A DNA stretch of 64,000 nucleotides from Halarcobacter sp. (lineage in GTDB: Bacteria > Campylobacterota > Campylobacteria > Campylobacterales > Arcobacteraceae), in the NCBI GenBank assembly GCA_963676565.1, contig OY781089.1, forward strand, positions 480,001 to 544,000. The letters run 5' to 3'. Below the pieces are notes generated by a model. That model was not told the origin of the DNA. It saw nothing but the letters and a program-made list of their open reading frames with translations, and searched no databases. The number at the start of each line of letters is the position of its first letter. Position 1 is the first letter of the stretch. Made by a program: the position numbers and the translations under genes. Positions 48,965 to 58,466 of the stretch are shown here, piece after piece.

Positions 48965-49476
48965 TATTAATTTTATTTGTAAGTTTATTAGCAAATGCAA
49001 ATGAACTTTATTTAAAAGATGGTCAAATTAATGCCCATACAGAAGTTTTTGGAGATAGTACCATTGATCCCCAAACAAAAAAAATTGATCTAAGATTATC
49101 AAAAGATAAAGATATTGAATCAATAAAAGGTGTTTTTGAAATTGAGGCTTTATCACTTATTAGTGATAATGAAGATAGAGACAAACATATGTATGAAGTA
49201 TTAAATGCTAAGTTATCACCAAAAATCTCTTTTGATATCACTTCGATTAATAAAAAAGAAGAGCTTTATCAGATAAAAGGGCTTTTAAAAATGAATAATA
49301 TAAATAAAGAGATAAACTCTTTTGCACATATTACTCAAAATAATAAGGATATATCTATTAATGGTGACTTTTTTATTAATTTAACTGACTTCGGCCTTGA
49401 ACCTCCAACAATGTTTTTTTTAACAGTAAGAGATCAAATTGATATTAAATATAGTTTTAATTTAAAGGAAAAATAG
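48952..49476 (+). CDS. YceI-family periplasmic lipid/polyisoprenoid-binding protein
   Basis: Signal peptide from ATG 48952 (AAGGAG SD); SDNEDRDKHM, GLLKMNNINKEI, LTDFGLEPP. Confidence 0.88.
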   Translation: MYKLVLILFVSLLANANELYLKDGQINAHTEVFGDSTIDPQTKKIDLRLSKDKDIESIKGVFEIEALSLISDNEDRDKHMYEVLNAKLSPKISFDITSINKKEELYQIKGLLKMNNINKEINSFAHITQNNKDISINGDFFINLTDFGLEPPTMFFLTVRDQIDIKYSFNLKEK

Positions 49477-49929
49477 ATGAAAAGAATACTTTTAAGTCTT
49501 TTAGTAATGGGTTTATCGCTTTTTGCATCAGAGTTTAAGATAGGAGATAAAATAGGAACTTTTTCTATTTTAAATCAACACGATAAAAAAGTAACTATAG
49601 ATGATTCAATAGAAAAAATTATTGTATCTTTTGAAAAAGATACAGGGGCAAATATTAATGAGTATCTTTCAAAAAAAAATCCACTTTTTTTAAAAAATAA
49701 CAAAGCAGTATTTATAGCAAATATCTCTGGTATGCCATCAATTATTACAAAACTTTTTGCCTTACCTAAAATGCGTAAATATGATCATGAGATTTTACTT
49801 ATTTATGATGAAGATGACAAAAGATTTATATCTAAAGAGGAAAAATCTACTTTGTATACTTTAAAAGATGGAGTTATAAAATCTATAGACTTTATCACAA
49901 AAGATGATTTAGACAATATTTTTAAATGA
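49477..49929 (+). CDS. Exported redoxin/thioredoxin-fold-like protein with no cysteines
   Basis: Signal peptide; IGDKIGTFSILNQHD resembles an AhpC/TSA start; ANISGMPSIITKLFALPKMR. Confidence 0.6.
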   Translation: MKRILLSLLVMGLSLFASEFKIGDKIGTFSILNQHDKKVTIDDSIEKIIVSFEKDTGANINEYLSKKNPLFLKNNKAVFIANISGMPSIITKLFALPKMRKYDHEILLIYDEDDKRFISKEEKSTLYTLKDGVIKSIDFITKDDLDNIFK

Positions 49930-50660
49930 AAATCAAAGAAATAAATCATGTAGATATTAAAACTATTCATAAAAGCATGGATGGTTTTACTATTTTGCAA
50001 ATATCAGACCTACATATAAATAAAAAAACCACTAAAGCACAAATAAAAAACTTAGTGGAAACTTGCAATAATTTAGATTATAATATTTTAGTAATAACTG
50101 GAGATATCATCGATTGCAAAGTAAAATTTATAAAAGAAAAATTATCTATTTTGAACTTTCTAAAGGGGAAAACTTACTTTATTAGTGGAAATCATGATTT
50201 AGTTTATGGACTAAAAGATTTAATTAAACAACTTCAGAACATAACTTTTTTAGATAATAGCTATGAAAAAATTGTATATAAAGATGAAACTATCTTACTT
50301 GCAGGTATTAGTGATAGATTCTCTAAATTTTTCAAACATAAAAGAGAAGAAAAAAACCTTTTAAAGGTTTTAGAGAGAAACAAAAAAAAGATTTTGCTTG
50401 CCCATCAACCAAAAGACTATAAACTTGCGCTAAAATCAAATTGTGATTTATTTTTATGTGGTCATACCCATGGTGGTCAAATCTGGCCTTTCCATTATTT
50501 TGTAAGAATTTTTCAACCATTTTTAAATGGTTTACACTATATAAAAAACTGTCCAATTTATGTAAATAAAGGAATCGGAACATGGGGTATAGATTATAGA
50601 TATAAAGCACATAGTGAGATTGCATTATTAAGGTTTACAAGTGAAAATACTTATAATTGA
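49926..50660 (+). CDS. Soluble calcineurin-like metallophosphoesterase
   Basis: SDLH, TGDIID, GNHD, LLAHQP, CGHTHGGQ; no TM or signal. Confidence 0.9.
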   Translation: MKIKEINHVDIKTIHKSMDGFTILQISDLHINKKTTKAQIKNLVETCNNLDYNILVITGDIIDCKVKFIKEKLSILNFLKGKTYFISGNHDLVYGLKDLIKQLQNITFLDNSYEKIVYKDETILLAGISDRFSKFFKHKREEKNLLKVLERNKKKILLAHQPKDYKLALKSNCDLFLCGHTHGGQIWPFHYFVRIFQPFLNGLHYIKNCPIYVNKGIGTWGIDYRYKAHSEIALLRFTSENTYN

Positions 50661-51312
50661 AGATGATGAAAAAATAGTAAACTTTCTAAAAAAAGGTTTA
50701 CAAGAAGAATCATATAGTGTTGATTATTCATTAAATGGTGATGAAGGTATTTACTTAGCAAGTGTTAATACCTATGATTTAATTTTACTTGATATTATGA
50801 TTCCTGTTAAAGATGGAATTGAAGTTTGTAAAACCCTAAGAGAAGAGAAAATCAATACTCCAATCATCATGTTAACAGCAAAAGATAGTATTGAAGATAA
50901 AATAAAGGGCTTAGATATTGGAGCAAACGATTACATTTCAAAACCTTTTTCCTTTAGTGAATTACTGGCAAGAATTCGAGTTCAATTAAGGAATAAAGAT
51001 AATCTAGTTTCAACCACACTTCAAATTGCTGATTTAAAATTAGACTTATTAAAAAAAACAGTAACTAGAAAAGAAGATACCATTATCCTTACAGCAAAAG
51101 AGTTTTCATTATTAGAGTTTTTAATAAGAAACCAAAATAAAGTTTTATCTGAAACAGTAATTAGTGAATCTTTAAGTAATTTAGATGATGATAATCTAAG
51201 CAATATTATAAATGTTTATATTTACAGACTTAGAAATAAAATAGACAAACCATATGAGAAAAAACTTATAAAAACAGTTAGAGGAATGGGATTTAAGATA
51301 AGTGATGAATAA
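50641..51312 (+). CDS. OmpR-family response regulator (CusR/CopR-like)
   Basis: GTG start; ILIIEDD, LDIMIP, LTAKD, KPFSFSELLAR, TVRGMG. Confidence 0.93.
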   Translation: MKILIIEDDEKIVNFLKKGLQEESYSVDYSLNGDEGIYLASVNTYDLILLDIMIPVKDGIEVCKTLREEKINTPIIMLTAKDSIEDKIKGLDIGANDYISKPFSFSELLARIRVQLRNKDNLVSTTLQIADLKLDLLKKTVTRKEDTIILTAKEFSLLEFLIRNQNKVLSETVISESLSNLDDDNLSNIINVYIYRLRNKIDKPYEKKLIKTVRGMGFKISDE

Positions 51313-52675
51313 TATATCTATCAAAAAGAAACTATTAATATATAATATTTTAATACAAGTTATCATTCTTGGAGTTTTTTCTTTCTCTTTATATAAAACA
51401 TTAGAAATATCTAGCTTAGATAAGATTAAATCAACACTTAAAATTGTTCTTTTAGATGTAGTTGATGATATTATTGACCATAAAGATGAATTGACCAAAG
51501 ATATATTCCATGAAGAAATAGAGTATAAATTTAAACCTTTATTTATAAGACTACTTGAAATAGATAAAAAGGTTACTAAAATCAATGGTACTAAATTTCC
51601 TAATATTTTTAAATACAATTTAGATGAACTTAATAGTCTAAAAAAAGATATTATCTATTTTGAAAAAAATGATACATACGTTTTATCAAAAATAAAAATT
51701 GCTTTAGATGAAAAAACTTATGTTGTTGAAGTAGCAACTGATTATAGACTTCTAAATTCAACCTTTGAAAATCTTTTATATATTTTAATTTTTATTGTTC
51801 CTATAATTTTAATCTTTTCAATAATTGGAGGATATTTTTTAATCTATAAATCTTTTTTACCTATAGAAAATATTCTTATTAGTCTTAGAAATATAAGTGC
51901 AAAAGATTTATCAAAGAGACTTGAAGTAAATAATAATAAAAAAGATGAAATTGATTTATTAAGACAAGAGATAAATAACCTTTTATCAAGACTAGATAAT
52001 TCCTTTGAAAAAATTAGCCAATTTTCTTCAGATGCATCCCATGAATTAAAAACTCCTCTTACAATTATAAGGGGAGAAATTGAAATAGCACTAAGAAAAG
52101 ATAGAGAAAAAGATGATTATAAAAAAACATTATCTACTTGTTTAGATGAGATATTATCAATTCAAGAAACAGTAAATGATTTACTTTTTTTAGCAAAAAA
52201 TGAGTTTGTTATTGAAAATATAGATGATATTACATATTTAGATGAAATATCAATTGATTCAAAAAAAGAGCTTGAGAACTTTGCTAAAACAAAAAATATC
52301 CAGCTAATATTAGAAATTGATGAACCTCTTGAAATAAAAGGAGAAGCCAAATTTTTAAAAATAGCACTAAAAAATATAATTAAAAATGCCATTACTTTTA
52401 GTCACGAGAATTCTGAGGTCTTAATCAAAAATTATATATTAAATGATAAAATAATAATTGAAGTTGAAGATTTTGGAGTTGGAATAGATAAAAATAATTT
52501 GAATAAGATATTTGAAAAATTTTATCGTATAGATAAAAGCAGAAATAAAAACAGTGGTGGAACTGGTTTAGGTTTATCTATTAGTGAAAAAATTATCTCT
52601 TTACATAATGGAAAGATTGAAGTAGAGAGTATTGAAAACAAAGGAACGAAATTTAAACTTCTCTTTCATAGATAA
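51302..52675 (+). CDS. Sensor histidine kinase (CusS-like HAMP-HisKA-HATPase)
   Basis: QFSSDASHELKTPL, NAITFS, FYRIDKSR, GTGLGLSI. Confidence 0.93.
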   Translation: MMNNISIKKKLLIYNILIQVIILGVFSFSLYKTLEISSLDKIKSTLKIVLLDVVDDIIDHKDELTKDIFHEEIEYKFKPLFIRLLEIDKKVTKINGTKFPNIFKYNLDELNSLKKDIIYFEKNDTYVLSKIKIALDEKTYVVEVATDYRLLNSTFENLLYILIFIVPIILIFSIIGGYFLIYKSFLPIENILISLRNISAKDLSKRLEVNNNKKDEIDLLRQEINNLLSRLDNSFEKISQFSSDASHELKTPLTIIRGEIEIALRKDREKDDYKKTLSTCLDEILSIQETVNDLLFLAKNEFVIENIDDITYLDEISIDSKKELENFAKTKNIQLILEIDEPLEIKGEAKFLKIALKNIIKNAITFSHENSEVLIKNYILNDKIIIEVEDFGVGIDKNNLNKIFEKFYRIDKSRNKNSGGTGLGLSISEKIISLHNGKIEVESIENKGTKFKLLFHR

Positions 52676-52686
52676 AGGGGTTTTAA

Positions 52687-54264
52687 ATGCACATTAAAAA
52701 TAAAGTAAAGTATAGTTTTTTATTAATCACAATCCTTATATTAATGATATTTATAGCAAATAGTGTAATTTTATATCAAATAAATGAAAATGAAGAATCT
52801 AAAAAGAATATCACAAAACTAATCTTATTACAAGAAAATATGACCTCATTGACAAAAGATATTATAATATCTCAAAATGAGGATAGATTAAAACAAATAG
52901 AAACAAGATTTACTAATTATGAAAAAGAGTTTGAAACCTTACATTATCTGCTAATCAATGATACACAAAAAGATTTTATTGATTATGTTTTAAAAGATAT
53001 GCATCAAGAAAAAAGTGTTCTTAATCAGTTAAATATTTTAGCAACAAATGAAAAACAAATTGAAACATCCTTTGAAACTCTATTTGAATTACAAAGAGAA
53101 AAAATAAAATTAAATGATGAGTTTATAGAAGCATACCCTTTAGAAAATCGTTTACGAAATAACCTTGAAGAGTTTATATTAGAGAAAAAAGATTTTAATC
53201 TACTTAAAAACTTTTCAGATGTTAAGTATTATAGTAAAGAAGTGCTTTTTCAAAAAAAATCTATGCAATATCTAAATAAATGGCTTGATAAAGTAAATGC
53301 TTTAAGTGTTTTTTTGAAAAACAAAGATTTAGAATCTTACAAAACAGTAATAAAACAATTAGGTGAAAATGCTATTAATTCTAAAAAATTACAAATAAAA
53401 CAACAATCAGTTCAAGATACAATATATAACTCATTAAAACAAAACAAAAATATAAATGAAAAAATTCAAAATGATATAGACCTTTTATCAAAAGAATTTC
53501 TAACAACCATTAGGTCATTTATAACTATGATTTTATTTTTTACCTTAGCTTTTATAATCTATTTATCTATCAAAGTTAATAAAAATGTAGCATTAACAGT
53601 TGATGAGATTGAAGAAAAAGTACAAAATGGATTAAAAAAAATAAAAAAACTTAACCATGAAATAGAAGATACACAAAAAGAAGTAATTTTCACAATGGGT
53701 GCCATAGGTGAAAGCAGATCAAAGGAAACAGGGAATCATGTTAAAAGAGTTGCTGAATACTCAAAGCTTTTTGCCTTATATTATGGATTAGATGAGAAAG
53801 AAGCTGAGATGTTAAAGATGGCTAGTCCAATGCATGATATAGGAAAAGTTGCCATTCCAGATGCCATTTTAAATAAGCCTGGAAGATTTGATGATAATGA
53901 GAGAGAAATTATGAACACCCATGCACAACTAGGTTATGAGATGTTAAAACATTCAAAAAGACCTCTTCTAAAAATGGCTGCAACAATTTCAAAAGAGCAC
54001 CATGAAAAATGGGATGGTTCAGGTTATCCAAAAGGTTTAAAAGAAGAAGAGATAAATATTTATGGACGAATAACTGCCATTGCAGACGTCTTTGATGCAT
54101 TAGGTAGTGATAGATGCTATAAAAAAGCTTGGGATGATGAAAGAATTTTTAAACTATTTAAAGAGGAAAAAGGTAAACATTTTGACCCAAAACTTGTGGA
54201 TATTTTCTTTAAAAATTTAGATGAATTTTTAGCAATAAGGGAAAAATTTAAAGACACTATTTAA
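52687..54264 (+). CDS. Membrane-anchored HD-GYP phosphodiesterase
   Basis: Two TM helices, ETGNHVKRV, MHDIGK, HHEKWDGSGYP, ADVFDAL. Confidence 0.93.
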   Translation: MHIKNKVKYSFLLITILILMIFIANSVILYQINENEESKKNITKLILLQENMTSLTKDIIISQNEDRLKQIETRFTNYEKEFETLHYLLINDTQKDFIDYVLKDMHQEKSVLNQLNILATNEKQIETSFETLFELQREKIKLNDEFIEAYPLENRLRNNLEEFILEKKDFNLLKNFSDVKYYSKEVLFQKKSMQYLNKWLDKVNALSVFLKNKDLESYKTVIKQLGENAINSKKLQIKQQSVQDTIYNSLKQNKNINEKIQNDIDLLSKEFLTTIRSFITMILFFTLAFIIYLSIKVNKNVALTVDEIEEKVQNGLKKIKKLNHEIEDTQKEVIFTMGAIGESRSKETGNHVKRVAEYSKLFALYYGLDEKEAEMLKMASPMHDIGKVAIPDAILNKPGRFDDNEREIMNTHAQLGYEMLKHSKRPLLKMAATISKEHHEKWDGSGYPKGLKEEEINIYGRITAIADVFDALGSDRCYKKAWDDERIFKLFKEEKGKHFDPKLVDIFFKNLDEFLAIREKFKDTI

Positions 54265-54272
54265 AACTAAAT

Positions 54273-55229
54273 CTATTTAGATTTAGTTAAAAATAAAAGT
54301 CCACTAATAGTTATAAACAATCCCAGCCATCCTATTGTGTTCGGGAAACTACCATCTAAAAATAAAACTTCTCCAAATAAAGCAAAGAATACTGAACCAC
54401 ACTGTGTGGCATCCACAAGCATAAGTTTTGTTGTTGTATTTGCATGATTTCTTGCATATAAAAAAAGTGTTGTAGCAACAATCCCTGAAAGAATAGAAAC
54501 TAAAGCTACACTAATAAACTGCCCTGAACTTGGTGGTGTTGGATTTATAAAAAAATATAAAATCAACCAAAAAGGTGAGCTTCCTAAAATAAGCAGAAAA
54601 ACCTTTGCAAAGCTATTACTTAAAACTTGTATATCTTCACCTTCTTGCTCTTTTTTTATTTTTCTTTCCCAAACCAATTGATTACCAATTGGGTAAGAAA
54701 AAGCTGCAATTAAAATTGGGACTGAACCTAAAAGAAGCTTATCTAGATTTGATAAATCAAAATGGCTAAGATTTACTAGCGTTACTCCAATAAAAACAAC
54801 AAGGGTGAAAAACCAAATCTTTTTTGATAGTCTTTTACCAAAAAAAGTAAGTACAAAAAGTGAAGCTAAAATAGTCATCTGCCAAGTAGTAGCAACTACC
54901 CAAGCAGGTGAAAAATCAGCGGCATAACAAATAAGTGAATAAAAAAATCCAAAACCAATAGTCCCAGATATACTCCAAAATAAAATATTCTCAAAATACT
55001 CTTTTAAAATTGCTTTGTAAAAAGAAAAGCCTTTTAAAAAGACAAATCCCACACTCAAAAATAAAAGTGTATAGAGATATCTTAATGAAGCAGACCAATA
55101 CCAATGCCCTCCATCTAAAGAAATACTTCTATTGATTAAAAATGTTGCTGAAAAAAAAGAGGCTGCTAGAAGTCCTACAAAAAGGAGGTAAATTGGTTCG
55201 TTTTGATACTTGATAAGTTTACTATTCAT
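54273..55229 (-). CDS. DMT-superfamily transporter (YjlA-like)
   Basis: GGHWYWSASLRY, GFGFFY, VVATTWQ, AAFSYPIGN; about 10 TM. Confidence 0.85.
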   Translation of the reverse strand: MNSKLIKYQNEPIYLLFVGLLAASFFSATFLINRSISLDGGHWYWSASLRYLYTLLFLSVGFVFLKGFSFYKAILKEYFENILFWSISGTIGFGFFYSLICYAADFSPAWVVATTWQMTILASLFVLTFFGKRLSKKIWFFTLVVFIGVTLVNLSHFDLSNLDKLLLGSVPILIAAFSYPIGNQLVWERKIKKEQEGEDIQVLSNSFAKVFLLILGSSPFWLILYFFINPTPPSSGQFISVALVSILSGIVATTLFLYARNHANTTTKLMLVDATQCGSVFFALFGEVLFLDGSFPNTIGWLGLFITISGLLFLTKSK

Positions 55230-55291
55230 GATAAATTCCTAAAAAAAAGAAAAAATTATACAACAAAAACTATTGGTTTTAGTTTTTAAAT

Positions 55292-55309
55292 TGTAAAGAA
55301 AATGTCAAG
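55292..55309 (+). promoter_or_regulatory. Direct repeat TGTAAAG-N4-TGTCAAG, putative OmpR-family site for the SHP/DHC operon
   Basis: 11-bp period, about 60 nt upstream of the first gene; a cognate response regulator lies in the operon. Confidence 0.45.
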
Positions 55310-55369
55310 AAAGTTTAGACCCCAGCTTTAAAGTTTTTATTTATACTTTTAAAATGAAAAGGAGAAAAA

Positions 55370-55771
55370 ATGAAATATTTATTTTTAGGATTATTTGTAA
55401 TAAGTTTTGCAAATGCTAGTGTAGTTGATGACTATTTAAATAGTTTAAAAAAAGAGGTTCAAAGTCAAAACCCAACTTTTAAAGGTTTTGATTATAAAAG
55501 GGGTGAAGAGATTTTCACATCTAAACATATTGGTAAAAAAGGTAAAGAGATATCTTGCGTATCATGTCACACTGCAAATCTAAACCAAACAGGGGAAAAC
55601 TTTTTTACAGGAAAAGAGATAAAACCCCTATCACCAAAAGCAAATCCAAAAAGATTTACAAAAGTTAAAACAATTGAAAAATGGTTAAGAAGAAACTTCA
55701 ATGATGTTTATAAAAGAGAAGGTACAGCCCAAGAAAAAGGTGATGTAATAACTTACATCATAAATAAATAA
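55370..55771 (+). CDS. SHP-like (DUF1924) monohaem cytochrome c
   Basis: Signal peptide, CVSCH, KPLSPKANPKRF, KWLRRNFNDV, EKGD. Confidence 0.88.
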   Translation: MKYLFLGLFVISFANASVVDDYLNSLKKEVQSQNPTFKGFDYKRGEEIFTSKHIGKKGKEISCVSCHTANLNQTGENFFTGKEIKPLSPKANPKRFTKVKTIEKWLRRNFNDVYKREGTAQEKGDVITYIINK

Positions 55772-55780
55772 GGAGACAAC

Positions 55781-56272
55781 ATGAGATATTTACTAATACT
55801 AACAATAGGATTTGCATCACTTATGGCAAATGAGATGAATACAAAAGAAACTCTTTTTAAAAATGAGTGTTCATCATGTCATATGGCATATCAAGCACAA
55901 TTTCTACCAAAAAGATCGTGGATAAAAATGATGGATAATCTATCTGAGCATTTTGACACTGATGCTTCACTAGACAAAGAAGATACGCAGATGATAAAAG
56001 AGTATTTAGTTAATAATTCAAGTGATTCAACTAAAAGATTATATGGCGAGATTGCAGAATTTGCACAATCAATTCCAAAATCAAAAACTCTTTTAGCAAT
56101 CACTGAAATTCCAAAATTTAAAAGAGAACACAGAGAAGTTCCAAAAAGATTTATAAATCAAAAAGAGGTGAAAAGTTTAAGTAATTGTATTGCTTGTCAC
56201 ACAGATGCAAAAAAAGGTTGGTATGATGAAGATAATATTAATATACCAAACTATGGAAGATGGGACGATTAA
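55781..56272 (+). CDS. Dihaem cytochrome c (DHC)
   Basis: ECSSCHMAY..FLPKRSW, HFDTDASL, CIACH. Confidence 0.92.
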   Translation: MRYLLILTIGFASLMANEMNTKETLFKNECSSCHMAYQAQFLPKRSWIKMMDNLSEHFDTDASLDKEDTQMIKEYLVNNSSDSTKRLYGEIAEFAQSIPKSKTLLAITEIPKFKREHREVPKRFINQKEVKSLSNCIACHTDAKKGWYDEDNINIPNYGRWDD

Positions 56273-56289
56273 TTAAAAAGGATAATATA

Positions 56290-57406
56290 ATGCAAAAATC
56301 ATATATCTGGAGTTTACCAACAAGAGTTTTTCACGCTTTATTTGCTGTATTTATTTTGTTGGCTTTTTTAACTGATGATGATAATTTATTACAATATCAT
56401 GCAATAATCGGTTACTCTATTTTTATTTTGCTTTTATTTAGAATAGGATGGGGATTATTTGGTCCTAAACACTCAAGGTTTAAAGACTTTCCACTTAGTA
56501 TAAAAAAAGCAAAAGAGTTTTTAGGTGAAATGTTAACAGATAAATCTAAATATGTAGGGCATAATCCAATGGCTTCATTTGTAATGATTGCTATTTTAAC
56601 AACAGTTTTTTTAACTATTGTTACTGGTGTTTTAGCCTTTGGTATCCAAGAAGGTCGTGGAATAGCTTCAGGATTGAACAGCTCATTTTTTAAAGAGATG
56701 GAACTATTTGAAGAGATTCATGAATTTTTTACAGGTGTTTTAATAGCTTTAGTTGTAGCTCACTTAGGTGGTGTTTTAGTGGACAAAGTTTTACATGGGA
56801 AAAATAAAACTTTGAACTCAATTGCAAATGGTTATAAAATGACTGATGAAAAAGAGGATATCACTGTAAATTTTTATCAAAAAACATTTGCATTTATTAT
56901 GGCTATTTTATTTATAGGATTTTTACTATTTAATTTAACAAGTCCTAAAAACGTATTAACTGCCTCAGTTTTTGAACCAATTGATTACAAAAAAGAGAAC
57001 TCTTTGTTTGTATCTGAGTGTGCATCGTGTCACACTCTGTATCCCTCCCAATCTTTTACCTAAAAAATCTTGGGTGACATTAATGGGTGATTTAGAAAAC
57101 CATTTTGGAGATGATGCTTCTTTAGATGAAGAGGATACAAAAATCATATTGGATTTTCTAGTAAAAAATAGTGCAGAAAACTCAACTATGCAAGGAAGTT
57201 TAAACTTTTTGAATTCAATTGAAGATAAAGATATAATAGCCATGTCACAAACACAGTTTTGGAAAAAAACCCATGAAGATATTCCAAAAGAGTTGTTTAA
57301 TCATAAAGATATAAAAAGCAAAGCTAATTGTAAAGCTTGTCATACGGATATTGAGAAAGGATTAATAGAAAATGAAAATATTAAAGATATTTCTAGTTTT
57401 AATTAG
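56290..57406 (+). pseudogene. Cytochrome b-DHC fusion split by a one-base insertion at about 57043-57045
   Basis: WSLPTRVFH, GHNP, EEIHE, AHLGGV cytochrome b; ECASCHTLY then frame switch to PPNLLPKKSW..HFGDDASL..CKACH; removing one C from tatCCCtccc gives about 371 aa. Confidence 0.85.
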
Positions 57407-57797
57407 TCTATTTGTATTTTTAAATGCAGATGATGATTATAAGGATTTTGAAGAATACAAACATAAATATTATAAAAATCAAAAATACAATCTATATAAA
57501 AATTTTGAATTTTTAAATTTAGACTCCCAACAATATACTCTTATGAAAGATATTTTAATCAATTACAAAAAAGAGTATAAACAACTTCAAAAATATAAAC
57601 ACGATATAAAAGAAAAGATTGAAGATTTAGTAAAAGAGGATAGTTTTGACAAGAAAGAATTTATTGCTTTGTTAAAAGATTTAAAGTATAAACATCTTGA
57701 AATTGAAGCATATAAAATAGAAAGAATTCATAATATTTTAAATAAAAAACAAAGAAAAAAACTAGCCCATTATGTTGAGGAGTGGGAACTTGACTAA
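57372..57797 (+). CDS. Spy/CpxP-like periplasmic protein
   Basis: Signal peptide; LNLDSQQ and ILNKKQRKKL resemble the paired LTxxQ motifs. Confidence 0.65.
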   Translation: MKILKIFLVLISLFVFLNADDDYKDFEEYKHKYYKNQKYNLYKNFEFLNLDSQQYTLMKDILINYKKEYKQLQKYKHDIKEKIEDLVKEDSFDKKEFIALLKDLKYKHLEIEAYKIERIHNILNKKQRKKLAHYVEEWELD

Positions 57798-58455
57798 TAA
57801 TATATTATTAATTGAAGATGATACTGCTATGAATGAACTCATAGTTGATTACCTAAAAGATTTTGATTTAAATTGTACTGCATTTGTAAATCCTATTAAT
57901 GCCTTAGAAGAGTTAAAAAAAAACAGCAATTATGATATTGTAGTATTAGATTTAATGCTTCCTAATTTAAATGGATTTGATGTATTTAGAAAAATCAAAT
58001 CCATTGTTGATGTACCAATTATAATATCTTCTGCTAGAGGTGATATTGGTAACAAAATCCATGGATATGAACTAGGAGCTGATGATTTTTTAGCTAAACC
58101 TTATGAGCCAAGAGAACTTGTTTTAAGAATCAACTATATACTAAAAAAATCAACTCAAGAGACTTTTACAATTGGTGACTTTGAGATAAATACAAAAGAA
58201 AGAGAAGTTTTAGTAGATAATTATCCAATCGATTTTACTAAAGTTGAGTTTGAAATTTTTATGTTTTTAGTTAATAACTCAAATAGAATAGCATCAAGGG
58301 AAGATATAATAGAAAACACCTCTTTAGAATCTAATACAAAAAATAGAACTGTTGATATGCATATTTCAAACATAAGATATAAAATAGGTGATGATTCAAA
58401 GGAACCAAAATATATTAAGTCAGTTTGGGGTGTTGGGTATAAATTAATCTCTTAG
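57790..58455 (+). CDS. OmpR-family response regulator
   Basis: ILLIEDD, LDLMLP, SARGD, KPYEPREL, SVWGVGY; probable TTG start 57790. Confidence 0.93.
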   Translation: MTNNILLIEDDTAMNELIVDYLKDFDLNCTAFVNPINALEELKKNSNYDIVVLDLMLPNLNGFDVFRKIKSIVDVPIIISSARGDIGNKIHGYELGADDFLAKPYEPRELVLRINYILKKSTQETFTIGDFEINTKEREVLVDNYPIDFTKVEFEIFMFLVNNSNRIASREDIIENTSLESNTKNRTVDMHISNIRYKIGDDSKEPKYIKSVWGVGYKLIS

Positions 58456-58466
58456 AAAAGGTTTTC

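Noticed and set aside
56972..57406. Independent 144-aa gene
   Set aside because: Its N-terminus is out-of-frame noise; it is the C-terminal half of the frameshifted cytochrome b-DHC fusion.
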